A stretch of 33,581 nucleotides of DNA from Candidatus Micrarchaeia archaeon. GTDB lineage: Archaea; Micrarchaeota; Micrarchaeia; Anstonellales; J096. Made by a program: the position numbers and the translations under genes. Positions 8,724 through 16,880 of the stretch are shown one piece after another; position 1 is the stretch's first letter; the number at the start of each line of letters is the position of its first letter. The notes beneath the pieces are model-generated. The model worked only from the letters and a program-made list of their open reading frames with translations, searched no databases and was not told where the DNA came from. The DNA lies in NCBI GenBank assembly GCA_041500405.1, contig JBGQMB010000006.1, forward strand, positions 1 to 33,581. The letters are read 5' to 3'.

Positions 8724-11008
8724 CCTACTTTTTCCACTGACGTCGGGTCGTTCCCGGTTTTTTCGCGCGAGAACTGGAACACGCTCCCAATCCCGGACGA
8801 CATCAGCCTGTTGTCGTGCGTTACTATGACAAACTGCTCTATCAGGCTCGGCAGCCTTTCCTTTATCAAAGAAGACAGTTTCTCTATCCCGTTCTCGTCA
8901 AGGTTGTGCGTGGGCTCGTCAAGCACTATGCAGCCCATCTGCGGGGCAAGCACCATCGCAAGCGTTATCCTCAAGGCTATCGCGGCCATTGTCTTTTCCC
9001 CTCCGCTTGCCACTATGGAGATGTCCCTCCATTCGCCGTTCGCGAAAACCTCGAAGTTGTACGAGTCCCCGTCGCCTATAAGCCTTATCTTTCCGTAATC
9101 GTTGTAGGGGTAGGCGTATTCCCAAACCTCGTTTATGCCGCTGTTTATGTCGCTTATGATGCTGTTCCTCAAAATCAGCTGCATCCTGTTCAGCGCCTCC
9201 TTGAACAGCGAAACGTCGGAAACCAAAGACTCTATCTTTGCGTACCTTCCCTTCTCAGCCTCGTACTTTTTCAGCAGGGACTCAAGCTCTGCCTTCATCC
9301 TGGCGCCCATCGCAATCTCTGTCCTTATTTTTTCAAGCTCGGCCTTCGCCCTTTCAGCAAAAGAGGAGAGCTCCCTATAATCATTCTCCGCCTTTTTGTA
9401 ATCATCTTCAGAATATCCGAGCGCCGAAACATTCTTCTCAAGCCCGGAAAGCGCGGCCTTTGTTGCCTCAATGTCAATTCCCAATTTTATGTTTTTCCTG
9501 ACGTCCCTGAGCGCGCCTTCCGCGGATGCCAGGCTGGAAACACAGTCCTTTGCCCTTTTCCTGTGTTCCTCGATTTTGTTCTCAATGCCAGAAAGCGCCT
9601 CAATGTCATTTTTCACGCCGTATTTTCCGGTTTCCATGACTTGCGATGACAATGCCTCGCGCTTTGCGGAATAGAACCCTGTTTTCTTGAGCCTTTCCCT
9701 CAGAATTTCAAGGTCCTTTGAGGCGGAAGCAAGCGCTGTTTCTTCCTCTTTTATCATCCTAAGGCATTCTGCCTGCTTTGCTTTCCATTCATTTTCTATA
9801 TGGGATTTTGCGTCGCCTGAAAGCTCTGACATGCAGACAGGGCATTTTGTCCCTGCCTTTTCAATCTCCTTCATTCCGTGCGCCGCCGCGTCCAATCCCG
9901 CCTTCAGCGTTCCCATTTTCTCGTTAAGCGACTTTATCGTTTTCTCGGAAGACAGTATCTTTGCGGAAGTGTCCTCCATCCTGCCGAGCTTTTCCAGCAT
10001 GGAGTCCATCCGCGCCATGTCCTCCTGCGCCTTTTTTCTCCTTTCATCAGCTGATTTCGCATTGGCAATCCTGTCCCTAATAATATTTGCGTCCTTGATG
10101 ATTGACTTTTCCTTTGATTCAATCTCAACAATGCTTTTTCTTGCAGATTCAATGGAAGACAACAGTTCTTCCTCCTTCTTCCTGTCCAATGCAGGGCTAT
10201 AGGATGATTCAAGCGCGCCCAAACAGCCTTTTGACGCGCTTATGCGCGCCATGATGCCGTCATATTCATTTCTTTTGCCGGAAACAACAGAATATGCCTT
10301 TGCCGCGTCCGAAAGCTTTATTTTAACGTCAACAACGGCTTTGCCTATTTTCTGCTCCTCGTCCCTCCATTTTGAGATGGATGAATTAACGCTGTTTAAT
10401 TCCTTGGTCTTGCCATTTATCTCCGTTGCGCTTGGCATAAGCGAGGATATCTCCTTTGCGACCAGCCTAAGCCTGTTGAGTATCTTGGTTGAGTTGTCCT
10501 CAACCCTCAAAATGTCGTTCAGCCCTATTATCTCGTCTATTGCCTCCTTCCTGCCTTTTGGGGGCAGGCTTATGAAGGCGTCAATCTTGTTCTGCGCGGA
10601 ATATATTATCGTTGAAAACAGGCCGTAGTCCATGCCAAGCAGGTTCTCAAGGTACTTGTTGGCCATTGCGGGCGTCTGGGCGACAAGGGCATCCCCGCGG
10701 TAAAGCCAGGCTTCGGAAGTCCCTTTTTTGTTTATCTTCCTTATCATGCGGTAGGTCTTGTCGTTTATCTCCATCTCAAGCTCAACGGATGCCGTTTCCT
10801 CGCCGAACCTGATTATGTCGGAAAGCTTCGCCTTTTTCCTGCTTCCTTCAGGTATGCTTCCGAAAAGCGCAAAGGAAAGCGCCTCAAGCGCGCTGGACTT
10901 TCCGCTGCCCATCACCCCGACGAAGATGTTGGCTCCCTTTCCAAATTGGATTTCGCTGGAGCGGTGGGATGTCCAGTTGGCTATCCTTAGGGTTTTGAGC
11001 ATTGGCAC
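8720..11008 (-). CDS. rad50: Rad50-type SMC ATPase
   Basis: Walker A GVMGSGKSS, Q-loop AQN, central Zn-hook CPVC within coiled coil, signature ASGGE, Walker B/D-loop IVLDEPTHNLD, H-loop VTHD. Confidence 0.9.
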   Translation of the reverse strand: MPMLKTLRIANWTSHRSSEIQFGKGANIFVGVMGSGKSSALEALSFALFGSIPEGSRKKAKLSDIIRFGEETASVELEMEINDKTYRMIRKINKKGTSEAWLYRGDALVAQTPAMANKYLENLLGMDYGLFSTIIYSAQNKIDAFISLPPKGRKEAIDEIIGLNDILRVEDNSTKILNRLRLVAKEISSLMPSATEINGKTKELNSVNSSISKWRDEEQKIGKAVVDVKIKLSDAAKAYSVVSGKRNEYDGIMARISASKGCLGALESSYSPALDRKKEEELLSSIESARKSIVEIESKEKSIIKDANIIRDRIANAKSADERRKKAQEDMARMDSMLEKLGRMEDTSAKILSSEKTIKSLNEKMGTLKAGLDAAAHGMKEIEKAGTKCPVCMSELSGDAKSHIENEWKAKQAECLRMIKEEETALASASKDLEILRERLKKTGFYSAKREALSSQVMETGKYGVKNDIEALSGIENKIEEHRKRAKDCVSSLASAEGALRDVRKNIKLGIDIEATKAALSGLEKNVSALGYSEDDYKKAENDYRELSSFAERAKAELEKIRTEIAMGARMKAELESLLKKYEAEKGRYAKIESLVSDVSLFKEALNRMQLILRNSIISDINSGINEVWEYAYPYNDYGKIRLIGDGDSYNFEVFANGEWRDISIVASGGEKTMAAIALRITLAMVLAPQMGCIVLDEPTHNLDENGIEKLSSLIKERLPSLIEQFVIVTHDNRLMSSGIGSVFQFSREKTGNDPTSVEKVG

Positions 11009-11033
11009 TATTTAGGCTGGAAAGTTAAAAAAG

Positions 11034-11594
11034 CTATTGGGACGTGCATTCCTCAAAATCATTGATGAACGGCTGCAGCTGCTCCACGCTTATCAATTTT
11101 AACAGCGGCACAGGATGTTTGAGGAATGCCGCCGCGGTTCTATGGCCGTAATTCATGGCATATGTGAGTGCGAAGAAACCGAAGCTATTTCTAGCATTCG
11201 CGTCTGCGCCATTGCCAAGCAGGATGGCGCATACGCCCGCATGCCCGTTCATTGCAGCCCAGATGAGCGCAGTGTTGCCGATGTTGTCCGCTGCATTCAC
11301 GAACGCGCCTTCCTTGAGTAGCAGTGCGCACGTTTCTGCCTTGCCATGTCTCGCGGCTTCCATCAGCGCAGTATCGTCGTCTGGCGCTGCATTCACGCTC
11401 GCGCCTGCCTTTAGTAAGCGCGTTATCTCCGCGTCATTCCCTTCTTCAGCAGCCTTCAAAAGCGCTTCGTCAAGCTCTTCGCGCCTATCTTTTGTCAGGC
11501 GCATCCGCTTTGCCATCCTTTTTCCCAGCTCAAGCATATGTTTTGCCTTTTCCCTGAAACGGCCTGGCTTCCTTTCCTTCTGGCGCTGCGGCAT
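11034..11594 (-). CDS. Ankyrin repeat protein (Ank-3, subfamily A)
   Basis: LLKAAEEGN, TALMEAARHG, TALIWAAMNG and ALTYAMNYG repeats; ends FINDFEECTSQ. Confidence 0.93.
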   Translation of the reverse strand: MPQRQKERKPGRFREKAKHMLELGKRMAKRMRLTKDRREELDEALLKAAEEGNDAEITRLLKAGASVNAAPDDDTALMEAARHGKAETCALLLKEGAFVNAADNIGNTALIWAAMNGHAGVCAILLGNGADANARNSFGFFALTYAMNYGHRTAAAFLKHPVPLLKLISVEQLQPFINDFEECTSQ

Positions 11595-11623
11595 ATTCCT
11601 ATTTCAGCTTAATGGATTAAAAA

Positions 11624-12259
11624 TCAGACTGCTTTCTTCGATTCCACGGACGCAAGGAAAGCCGCAGTCTCCTTGTGGTTGTTCTTTTCGGCAACCTCGG
11701 CTGCGGTCATGTGGGCGCTGTTCTCCTCGCTCACGTATGCGCCTTTGCTTACGAGCAGCCTGCAGATTTCAACATGCCCGTGTTCTGCGGCGATTATAAG
11801 CGCAGTGCGTTCGAACTCGCCCCTTGCGTTCACGTCCGCGCCCTTTTCAATCAGCAGTTTGCAGGTTTCAGTGCGTCCACTCGATGCGGCATACATGAGC
11901 GCAGTGTTGCCGGACCTGTCCCTCATGTTTATATACGCGCCTTTTTCAATCAGCAGTTCGCAAATATGGGCGAATCCCCGTGCTGCGGCAACCACCAACA
12001 GCGTAGCGCCCATTATTTTCATTTCAGTTGCGTTTATTACCGGCCCTATGTCAATGCCTGCCCTTTCCAGCTTTTCTATCTGGCTGGCCAGCTCGTCCCT
12101 TTTCCCGCCTTTAATGATATCAAAAAACTGTTTATCTATGCGATCCTGCTCATCCAGGCTAAGGATCTTCCTTGCCCTTTCTGCGGTTGGTTTATGCGGC
12201 CCCATCCTTGCGTCTGGAAACACCACTTCCTTTTCGCCCGCCTTTGTTTTTTGGGCCAT
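11624..12259 (-). CDS. Ankyrin repeat protein (Ank-4, subfamily B)
   Basis: TLLVVAAARG, TALMYAASSG, TALIIAAEHG and TAAEVAEKN repeats. Confidence 0.93.
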   Translation of the reverse strand: MAQKTKAGEKEVVFPDARMGPHKPTAERARKILSLDEQDRIDKQFFDIIKGGKRDELASQIEKLERAGIDIGPVINATEMKIMGATLLVVAAARGFAHICELLIEKGAYINMRDRSGNTALMYAASSGRTETCKLLIEKGADVNARGEFERTALIIAAEHGHVEICRLLVSKGAYVSEENSAHMTAAEVAEKNNHKETAAFLASVESKKAV

Positions 12260-12319
12260 GCGCTTATTATGGGATAAAGAGTTTAAGAATTACACCGTTT
12301 TCGTCGGCGGCTGATCGTT

Positions 12320-12766
12320 CTATCCTGTCTTGTTTTCCATTGACGCAAGGAACGCCGCGGTCTCGGTATGGCCGTAATGTCCGGCAACCATGGACGCGGT
12401 CCAGCCGTAGCCGTTCTTTGCGTTCGCGTCGGCGCCCTTTTCAACCAGCAATTCGCAAATATGGATAAGCCCCAGTTTTGAGGCAAACATCAACATCGTA
12501 TAATCCACCGCGTACTTTGCGTTTATCATCGGTTTTACATCAATGCCTGCCTTTTCCAGCCTTGATACCTGTTCGGCCAGTTCGTCCGCCTTTCCTTCCA
12601 CGGCCAGCCCAAAAAGCCGTGTCTTTATCCGTTCCTGCTTATCTGCCTCCTTCTTCGCCGCAGTGCGTGAAAATACGCAATTGGGGCCTGCGACGCCGCA
12701 ATCAAGGATATCGGCACTTGCGCGTGAAACCGGTTTCCCTTCAGTTGTCTTTGTTTTCTGGGCCAT
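12320..12766 (-). CDS. Ankyrin repeat protein (Ank-5, subfamily B, shorter tandem paralogue of Ank-4)
   Basis: TMLMFASKLG and GWTASMVAGHYG repeats. Shares MAQKTK, DELA.Q...LE.AGID..P.INA and ETAAFLAS with Ank-4. Confidence 0.9.
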   Translation of the reverse strand: MAQKTKTTEGKPVSRASADILDCGVAGPNCVFSRTAAKKEADKQERIKTRLFGLAVEGKADELAEQVSRLEKAGIDVKPMINAKYAVDYTMLMFASKLGLIHICELLVEKGADANAKNGYGWTASMVAGHYGHTETAAFLASMENKTG

Positions 12767-12796
12767 GCGCTCATTGTGGTAATGAGTGTTTAAAAA

Positions 12797-13348
12797 TCAG
12801 ATTGCTTCCTTTGGCTGCTGGACAACGAATATGTTGTACCTTTCGCTGCCTATTATCTCGTTCCTTATCCTTTCCGAAATGCTTCCCACCGGGTCAAGCC
12901 AGGTGTGGACCCTTTTTTTTATTTCGTCAAACGACTCGAACGGCTTTTTTTCCCTTTCCTCAAGTATCAATTTGATGTTCTTCTTGCCTATGCCGGGTAT
13001 CAGCTCAAGCTGGTGCACCCTTATCGAGATGGGCCCGCAGTGGTTTATGAAGTTCACGTATTTGGCGCTGTCTATGAGCACCATCTTCTTCAAAACATCA
13101 ACCATGTTCTGCGTCGCGGAGGCGGTTAGCCTGTCGTGGAAAATCCTTTCCCTTATCTTCTGTATCTTGTCCCTTTTCTCGATGTCCTTGCCGACGTAAA
13201 CCTTGTCCCCCACCGCTATGGGCACGTTCTCCTTGACTATCGCGTCAAGCAAGACGAAAAATTTCTCTCCCACGAGCTGGACTACGGACGAGCCGGAGCT
13301 CCTGTCCCCGTACGGTATATAGTCTATCACGTAGGCGTATTCTTCCAT
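12797..13348 (-). CDS. DUF655 putative RNA-binding protein (HhH motif)
   Basis: EEYAYVIDY, QLVGEKFFVLL, HQLELIPGIGKK and PFESF motifs. Canonical position after rpl21e-rpoF. Confidence 0.92.
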   Translation of the reverse strand: MEEYAYVIDYIPYGDRSSGSSVVQLVGEKFFVLLDAIVKENVPIAVGDKVYVGKDIEKRDKIQKIRERIFHDRLTASATQNMVDVLKKMVLIDSAKYVNFINHCGPISIRVHQLELIPGIGKKNIKLILEEREKKPFESFDEIKKRVHTWLDPVGSISERIRNEIIGSERYNIFVVQQPKEAI

Positions 13349-13349
13349 G

Positions 13350-13658
13350 TCATTTACCCTTCATTATGCCCATTATCTTTTCAAGCGCTTTTTCGTCAAC
13401 CTTCTCGCCAAGGCCCGCCAAAACCGCCTTCAGCGTGTCCATGAATACCGGATTGACATCCACTATCTTGGCCGCGGCCTTCTCGCTGACGAGCTTTTTG
13501 AGGTCGTCGACCTTCTCGGCTGCGTTCTTCCTCGGAAGCATCTCCTTGCCGTGCTTTATGGCCATGTCTTCCATGTAAGTCGGCTCGCCGGAAAGCTCCT
13601 TCTCGATATGGGACGCCACCTCTATGGAGGTTACAGGCCTAGAACCTTTTGTTTCCAT
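13350..13658 (-). CDS. rpoF: RNA polymerase subunit Rpo4/RpoF
   Basis: Size 102 aa, AAKIVDVNP motif, and conserved synteny between rpl21e and DUF655. Confidence 0.8.
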   Translation of the reverse strand: METKGSRPVTSIEVASHIEKELSGEPTYMEDMAIKHGKEMLPRKNAAEKVDDLKKLVSEKAAAKIVDVNPVFMDTLKAVLAGLGEKVDEKALEKIMGIMKGK

Positions 13659-13660
13659 TT

Positions 13661-13939
13661 TTACACCTTCCTTATGTGCATCGGGCTGGATATGATCTTT
13701 TTCCTCATTCCCCCGTCCCGTATCTCAATCACGTATGCCTTGCCCCTGCACTCCAGTATGGTGCCTACCCTGCCCTTGTACCTAAGGTGCGGCATCGCGC
13801 CCCAGAAGACCGCGTGCTGGTCTATAGTGACCTTGTCCCCGACGGCAAATCCCTTGATGTAGTCATTGACCGTCATGGTCTTTTTCTTGTGCAATGCCCT
13901 GGTATGCGAACTGAGCGTTCCCCTGCTTCGTCTTGCCAT
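13661..13939 (-). CDS. rpl21e: 50S ribosomal protein eL21
   Basis: RRSRG..S.HTR, F.VGDKVTI, GAMPHLRYKGRVG and DGGMRKKII..P.H motifs. SD-like AGGTG upstream. Confidence 0.95.
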   Translation of the reverse strand: MARRSRGTLSSHTRALHKKKTMTVNDYIKGFAVGDKVTIDQHAVFWGAMPHLRYKGRVGTILECRGKAYVIEIRDGGMRKKIISSPMHIRKV

Positions 13940-14032
13940 ATGCTGAACACCTGTAAACCTTCCGTATCTTTTTAGATACGGACAATTAGTTTATAAATGT
14001 TATCCTTTTAAAACACTTAAAAACCATTTAAA
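13940..14032. promoter_or_regulatory. Divergent rpl21e/tbp control region with a 9-bp inverted repeat and four TATA-like boxes
   Basis: TCCGTATCT-tttt-AGATACGGA (13961-13982). Boxes at 13990 (TTTATAAA), 14006 (TTTTAAAA), 14017 (TTAAAAA) and 14027 (TTTAAAA). Confidence 0.6.
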
Positions 14033-14602
14033 ATGGTGATAACGATGGAACAGAAAGAAAATTACACGGTCACCAATCTGGTCGCGTCAACGGACTTAGG
14101 GCTAACGCTTGATCTTTACGAGTTAACGACCAATTTCAAGAACATTGAGTACGAGCCTGAGCAGTTCCCGGGCGCGATACTGAAGTTCACCGAGCCAAAG
14201 GCCACAATCCTGATTTTCAAGAACGGAAAAATCGTGTGTGTGGGATGCAGGACAAGGGAGCTTATAGCAAAGGCCATAAGGAAGGTATACGGGCTTCTTA
14301 AGCCGTATTCCACCGAGACAAGGAAGAAATACGACCTTGAGGACCCGAAATACGACCTGACGAACATAGTGGCAAGCGCGGACCTGCATATGGACCTTGA
14401 CCTGTTCAAGGTGGCAACGATGCTGCCGGACATAGAGTACGAGCCTGAGCAGTTCCCTGGCGCGATAATCAAGCTGCGCGACCTCGGCGTATCGCTTTTG
14501 GCATTCAAGAACGGAAAAATCATAATCGCAGGGGCAAAGTCGCTTGACAAGATAGAGAAAGCGATAAAGGAAATAAGGCGCATGCTCAAGACCACATTAT
14601 AG
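14033..14602 (+). CDS. tbp: TATA-box-binding protein
   Basis: Two direct repeats with N(L/I)VAS and IEYEPEQFPGAI..FKNGKI. Start may be ATG 14045, which follows a GGTGAT SD. Confidence 0.97.
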   Translation: MVITMEQKENYTVTNLVASTDLGLTLDLYELTTNFKNIEYEPEQFPGAILKFTEPKATILIFKNGKIVCVGCRTRELIAKAIRKVYGLLKPYSTETRKKYDLEDPKYDLTNIVASADLHMDLDLFKVATMLPDIEYEPEQFPGAIIKLRDLGVSLLAFKNGKIIIAGAKSLDKIEKAIKEIRRMLKTTL

Positions 14603-14616
14603 GCCTTGGTGATTTT

Positions 14617-15822
14617 ATGCCGGAGATATCCTCAGACCAGCTTTACGAATTCAGGAAGACGCTGAGGAAGCTCAAGGCTTATCGGGGGGACGGAACCCAG
14701 CTAGTGTCTGTCTATGTTTCAGCGGATTATCCGATAAACGAGGTCTCGGGCAGGATAAGGGAAGAGGTCAACCAGGCAGGGAACATAAAGAGCAAGCAGA
14801 CGCGCAACAACGTGCAGGACGCGCTTGAAAGGATAATCAACGTTCTCAAGGGCTTCAGGAAGACGCCTCCCAACGGGCTCGTGATTTTCTCAGGAAACCT
14901 TTCAGACGACCCTTCAAGGACGGACATGAAGACATTCTACTTTGAGCCCATAAGCAGGCTCGAGACCAACCTTTACAGATGCGATTCGGTGTTCTGGCTT
15001 GAGCCGCTTGAGAAGATGGTGAGCAGCAGGGATTCATACGGCATTGTCGTGCTTGACGGAAGCGACGCGACATTGGCGCTCCTGCAGGGCACGGAACTGC
15101 GCGTAGTTGACAAGATACACAACCTCGCGCACTCAAAGGTGAGGAAAGGGGGCCAGTCCGCAAACAGGTACGCCCGCCTCATAGAGGAGGGGAAGGAATT
15201 CTACCACAAGAGGATCGGCGAGGCGATGGACTCGCTTTTTGTAGGAAAAGTCAAGGGCGTCATAATAGGCGGCCCGGGCCCGATAAAGGAGTATTTCCTC
15301 AAGGAAAAGACGTTCAACTACCAATTGAAGGTAATTGGCGTCGTTGACACGGGATACACGGATGAGCACGGCGCAAGGGAGGTCCTGGAAAAGGCAGGAG
15401 ACCTGATAAAGGACCAGGAGGCCGTGAAGGAGAAGAGGTTCTTCGACGAGTTCATGAAAACGGTCATAAAGAGCGAGAAGGCGGTTTACGGGCTTGAGCA
15501 GACCCTTGATGTCATAGCAAACAAAAGGGCGCAGCTTGTGCTTGTCTCCGAGGAGGCGCCGTTTTCGGTCGTGCATTTCAAGTGCCCGTCCTGCGACAAC
15601 GAGGAGCCAAAAACCTATGAAAAGGAAAGGGAGGAAAAGTCAACAAAGTGCGGCAAGTGCGGCTCGTTGATGAACCAGGTTGACGTCGCCCCGCTTGCGG
15701 AATACATAATCGAGCTGTGCCGCAGCGCAGGGATAAAGGTTGAGGTAATAAGCATAAACACGTCAGAAGGCCAGCAGTTCCTGAACGGTTTCAGCGGCAT
15801 AGGCGCGATACTGAAATACTGA
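14617..15822 (+). CDS. prf1: Archaeal peptide chain release factor aRF1
   Basis: NIKS, YRCDSVF and GGQS motifs, C-terminal Zn-ribbon insert (CPSC..CGKC), GIGAILKY end. GGTGAT SD upstream. Confidence 0.97.
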   Translation: MPEISSDQLYEFRKTLRKLKAYRGDGTQLVSVYVSADYPINEVSGRIREEVNQAGNIKSKQTRNNVQDALERIINVLKGFRKTPPNGLVIFSGNLSDDPSRTDMKTFYFEPISRLETNLYRCDSVFWLEPLEKMVSSRDSYGIVVLDGSDATLALLQGTELRVVDKIHNLAHSKVRKGGQSANRYARLIEEGKEFYHKRIGEAMDSLFVGKVKGVIIGGPGPIKEYFLKEKTFNYQLKVIGVVDTGYTDEHGAREVLEKAGDLIKDQEAVKEKRFFDEFMKTVIKSEKAVYGLEQTLDVIANKRAQLVLVSEEAPFSVVHFKCPSCDNEEPKTYEKEREEKSTKCGKCGSLMNQVDVAPLAEYIIELCRSAGIKVEVISINTSEGQQFLNGFSGIGAILKY

Positions 15823-15840
15823 AAAAATTAAAGGCCAGGT

Positions 15841-16344
15841 TCAGAAAGTGCTCCAGTCTCTCTTGATTTCCTCGCTTGAAGAGTCATTCTGTTTCTCCTT
15901 TTTGCTGTTAGAGGACGTGTCATCTGTTGTTGACGTGTCTATTGAGTCCCCGACAAAGTCCAGCATGTATTTTTTCTTCGGCTTGGCTTGCTCTTTGTCA
16001 TCATCTAGTGGCACCTTTATACCACCGGGAATAATCACATATTTTTTCTTCGGCTGGATTGTCTCCTGTTCTGTTGTTGACGTGTCTACCGGGTCGCCGG
16101 CAAGGTCCAGCATTGTATGGCTCCTTTTATGGACTGCCACGGAGTCCCCGTCTTCAATCAAGGTATCTCCGGTCATTGGATTGATGATGAAATTCTTGTG
16201 CACCAAGGTGCTCTTGCCCCCGGCAAATGCAATGCCAGAAACCAGCACGGTCAGCCCTGCTGCGAGCAATGCGCGTCTTATGTGGCGCCTTCTCGGCCTT
16301 TCACTACCCGATTTGCATGGTTCTAGCGTCTTTGTGGTTGACAT
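15841..16344 (-). CDS. Putative secreted protein with internal repeats
   Basis: Arg-rich n-region, hydrophobic ALLAAGLTVLVSGIAFA cleavage-type signal, repeated MLD..GD..DTSTT and PKKKY. TTTATA box about 28 nt upstream; GGTGAAG SD-like element. Confidence 0.75.
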   Translation of the reverse strand: MSTTKTLEPCKSGSERPRRRHIRRALLAAGLTVLVSGIAFAGGKSTLVHKNFIINPMTGDTLIEDGDSVAVHKRSHTMLDLAGDPVDTSTTEQETIQPKKKYVIIPGGIKVPLDDDKEQAKPKKKYMLDFVGDSIDTSTTDDTSSNSKKEKQNDSSSEEIKRDWSTF

Positions 16345-16405
16345 TTATCTTCACCACAAATATCTATAAATGGAAACATTTTTATTGGAATGCCCGCTTT
16401 CTACC

Positions 16406-16876
16406 TCAAGACGACACTTTAACCGAGCAGCTGCCGTTCGCGTACGTTTCCCCTATTGGAACGTAAATCAGGCCGTCAAGCGTCTTTGGGCCGGTCACGT
16501 TTCCTATGAAAAGGATATAGCACCCGTTTGCGTGGATTTCCCTCGCACAATCGCCAATCGTCCTGACGCCGGCCATGCTGGTGCAACTCTTATCCTCAAT
16601 CACGTAAGCCTCGACATCCTTTATCCCGCCAAGGGAGGACGCAAAGTCTATGCCGCAGTTCATCACGTTCATCCTGGTAGGGTCAACAAGGCCGCTTATG
16701 TTTTCAACAAGGCAAACGGACTCGGCTGACTGGAGCTGCGCATTTGCGCTTGAGTAAGTTGTTTCTCCCCTGCCGAAGAAGAAGTCCCCGCTGCCTGGAA
16801 TGTAATAGAAATACCAGTAAAGGCAGGCAACAAGGATTGCCGCCCCAAGCGCGACCGCAATGTCCTTGATATCCAT
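16406..16876 (-). CDS. N-terminally membrane-anchored Cys-containing hypothetical protein
   Basis: MDIKDIAVALGAAILVACLYWYFYY anchor. ATG 16876 lies just after the upstream gene stop (track start 16891 is TTG). Confidence 0.75.
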   Translation of the reverse strand: MDIKDIAVALGAAILVACLYWYFYYIPGSGDFFFGRGETTYSSANAQLQSAESVCLVENISGLVDPTRMNVMNCGIDFASSLGGIKDVEAYVIEDKSCTSMAGVRTIGDCAREIHANGCYILFIGNVTGPKTLDGLIYVPIGETYANGSCSVKVSS

Positions 16877-16880
16877 CAGA

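Noticed and set aside
4281..12975. Long plus-strand ORFs antisense to ankyrins, deaminase and rad50 (e.g. 4850-5638, 8816-9649, 11673-12314)
   Set aside because: Shadow ORFs of well-supported minus-strand genes, with Ser/Phe-rich antisense composition.
14147..14465. Direct repeat GAGTACGAGCCTGAGCAGTTCCC
   Set aside because: It is the normal internal duplication of TBP.
14617..15822. Stop-codon reassignment signalled by aRF1
   Set aside because: NIKS, YxCxxxF and GGQ are intact, and TAA, TAG and TGA all end conserved genes.
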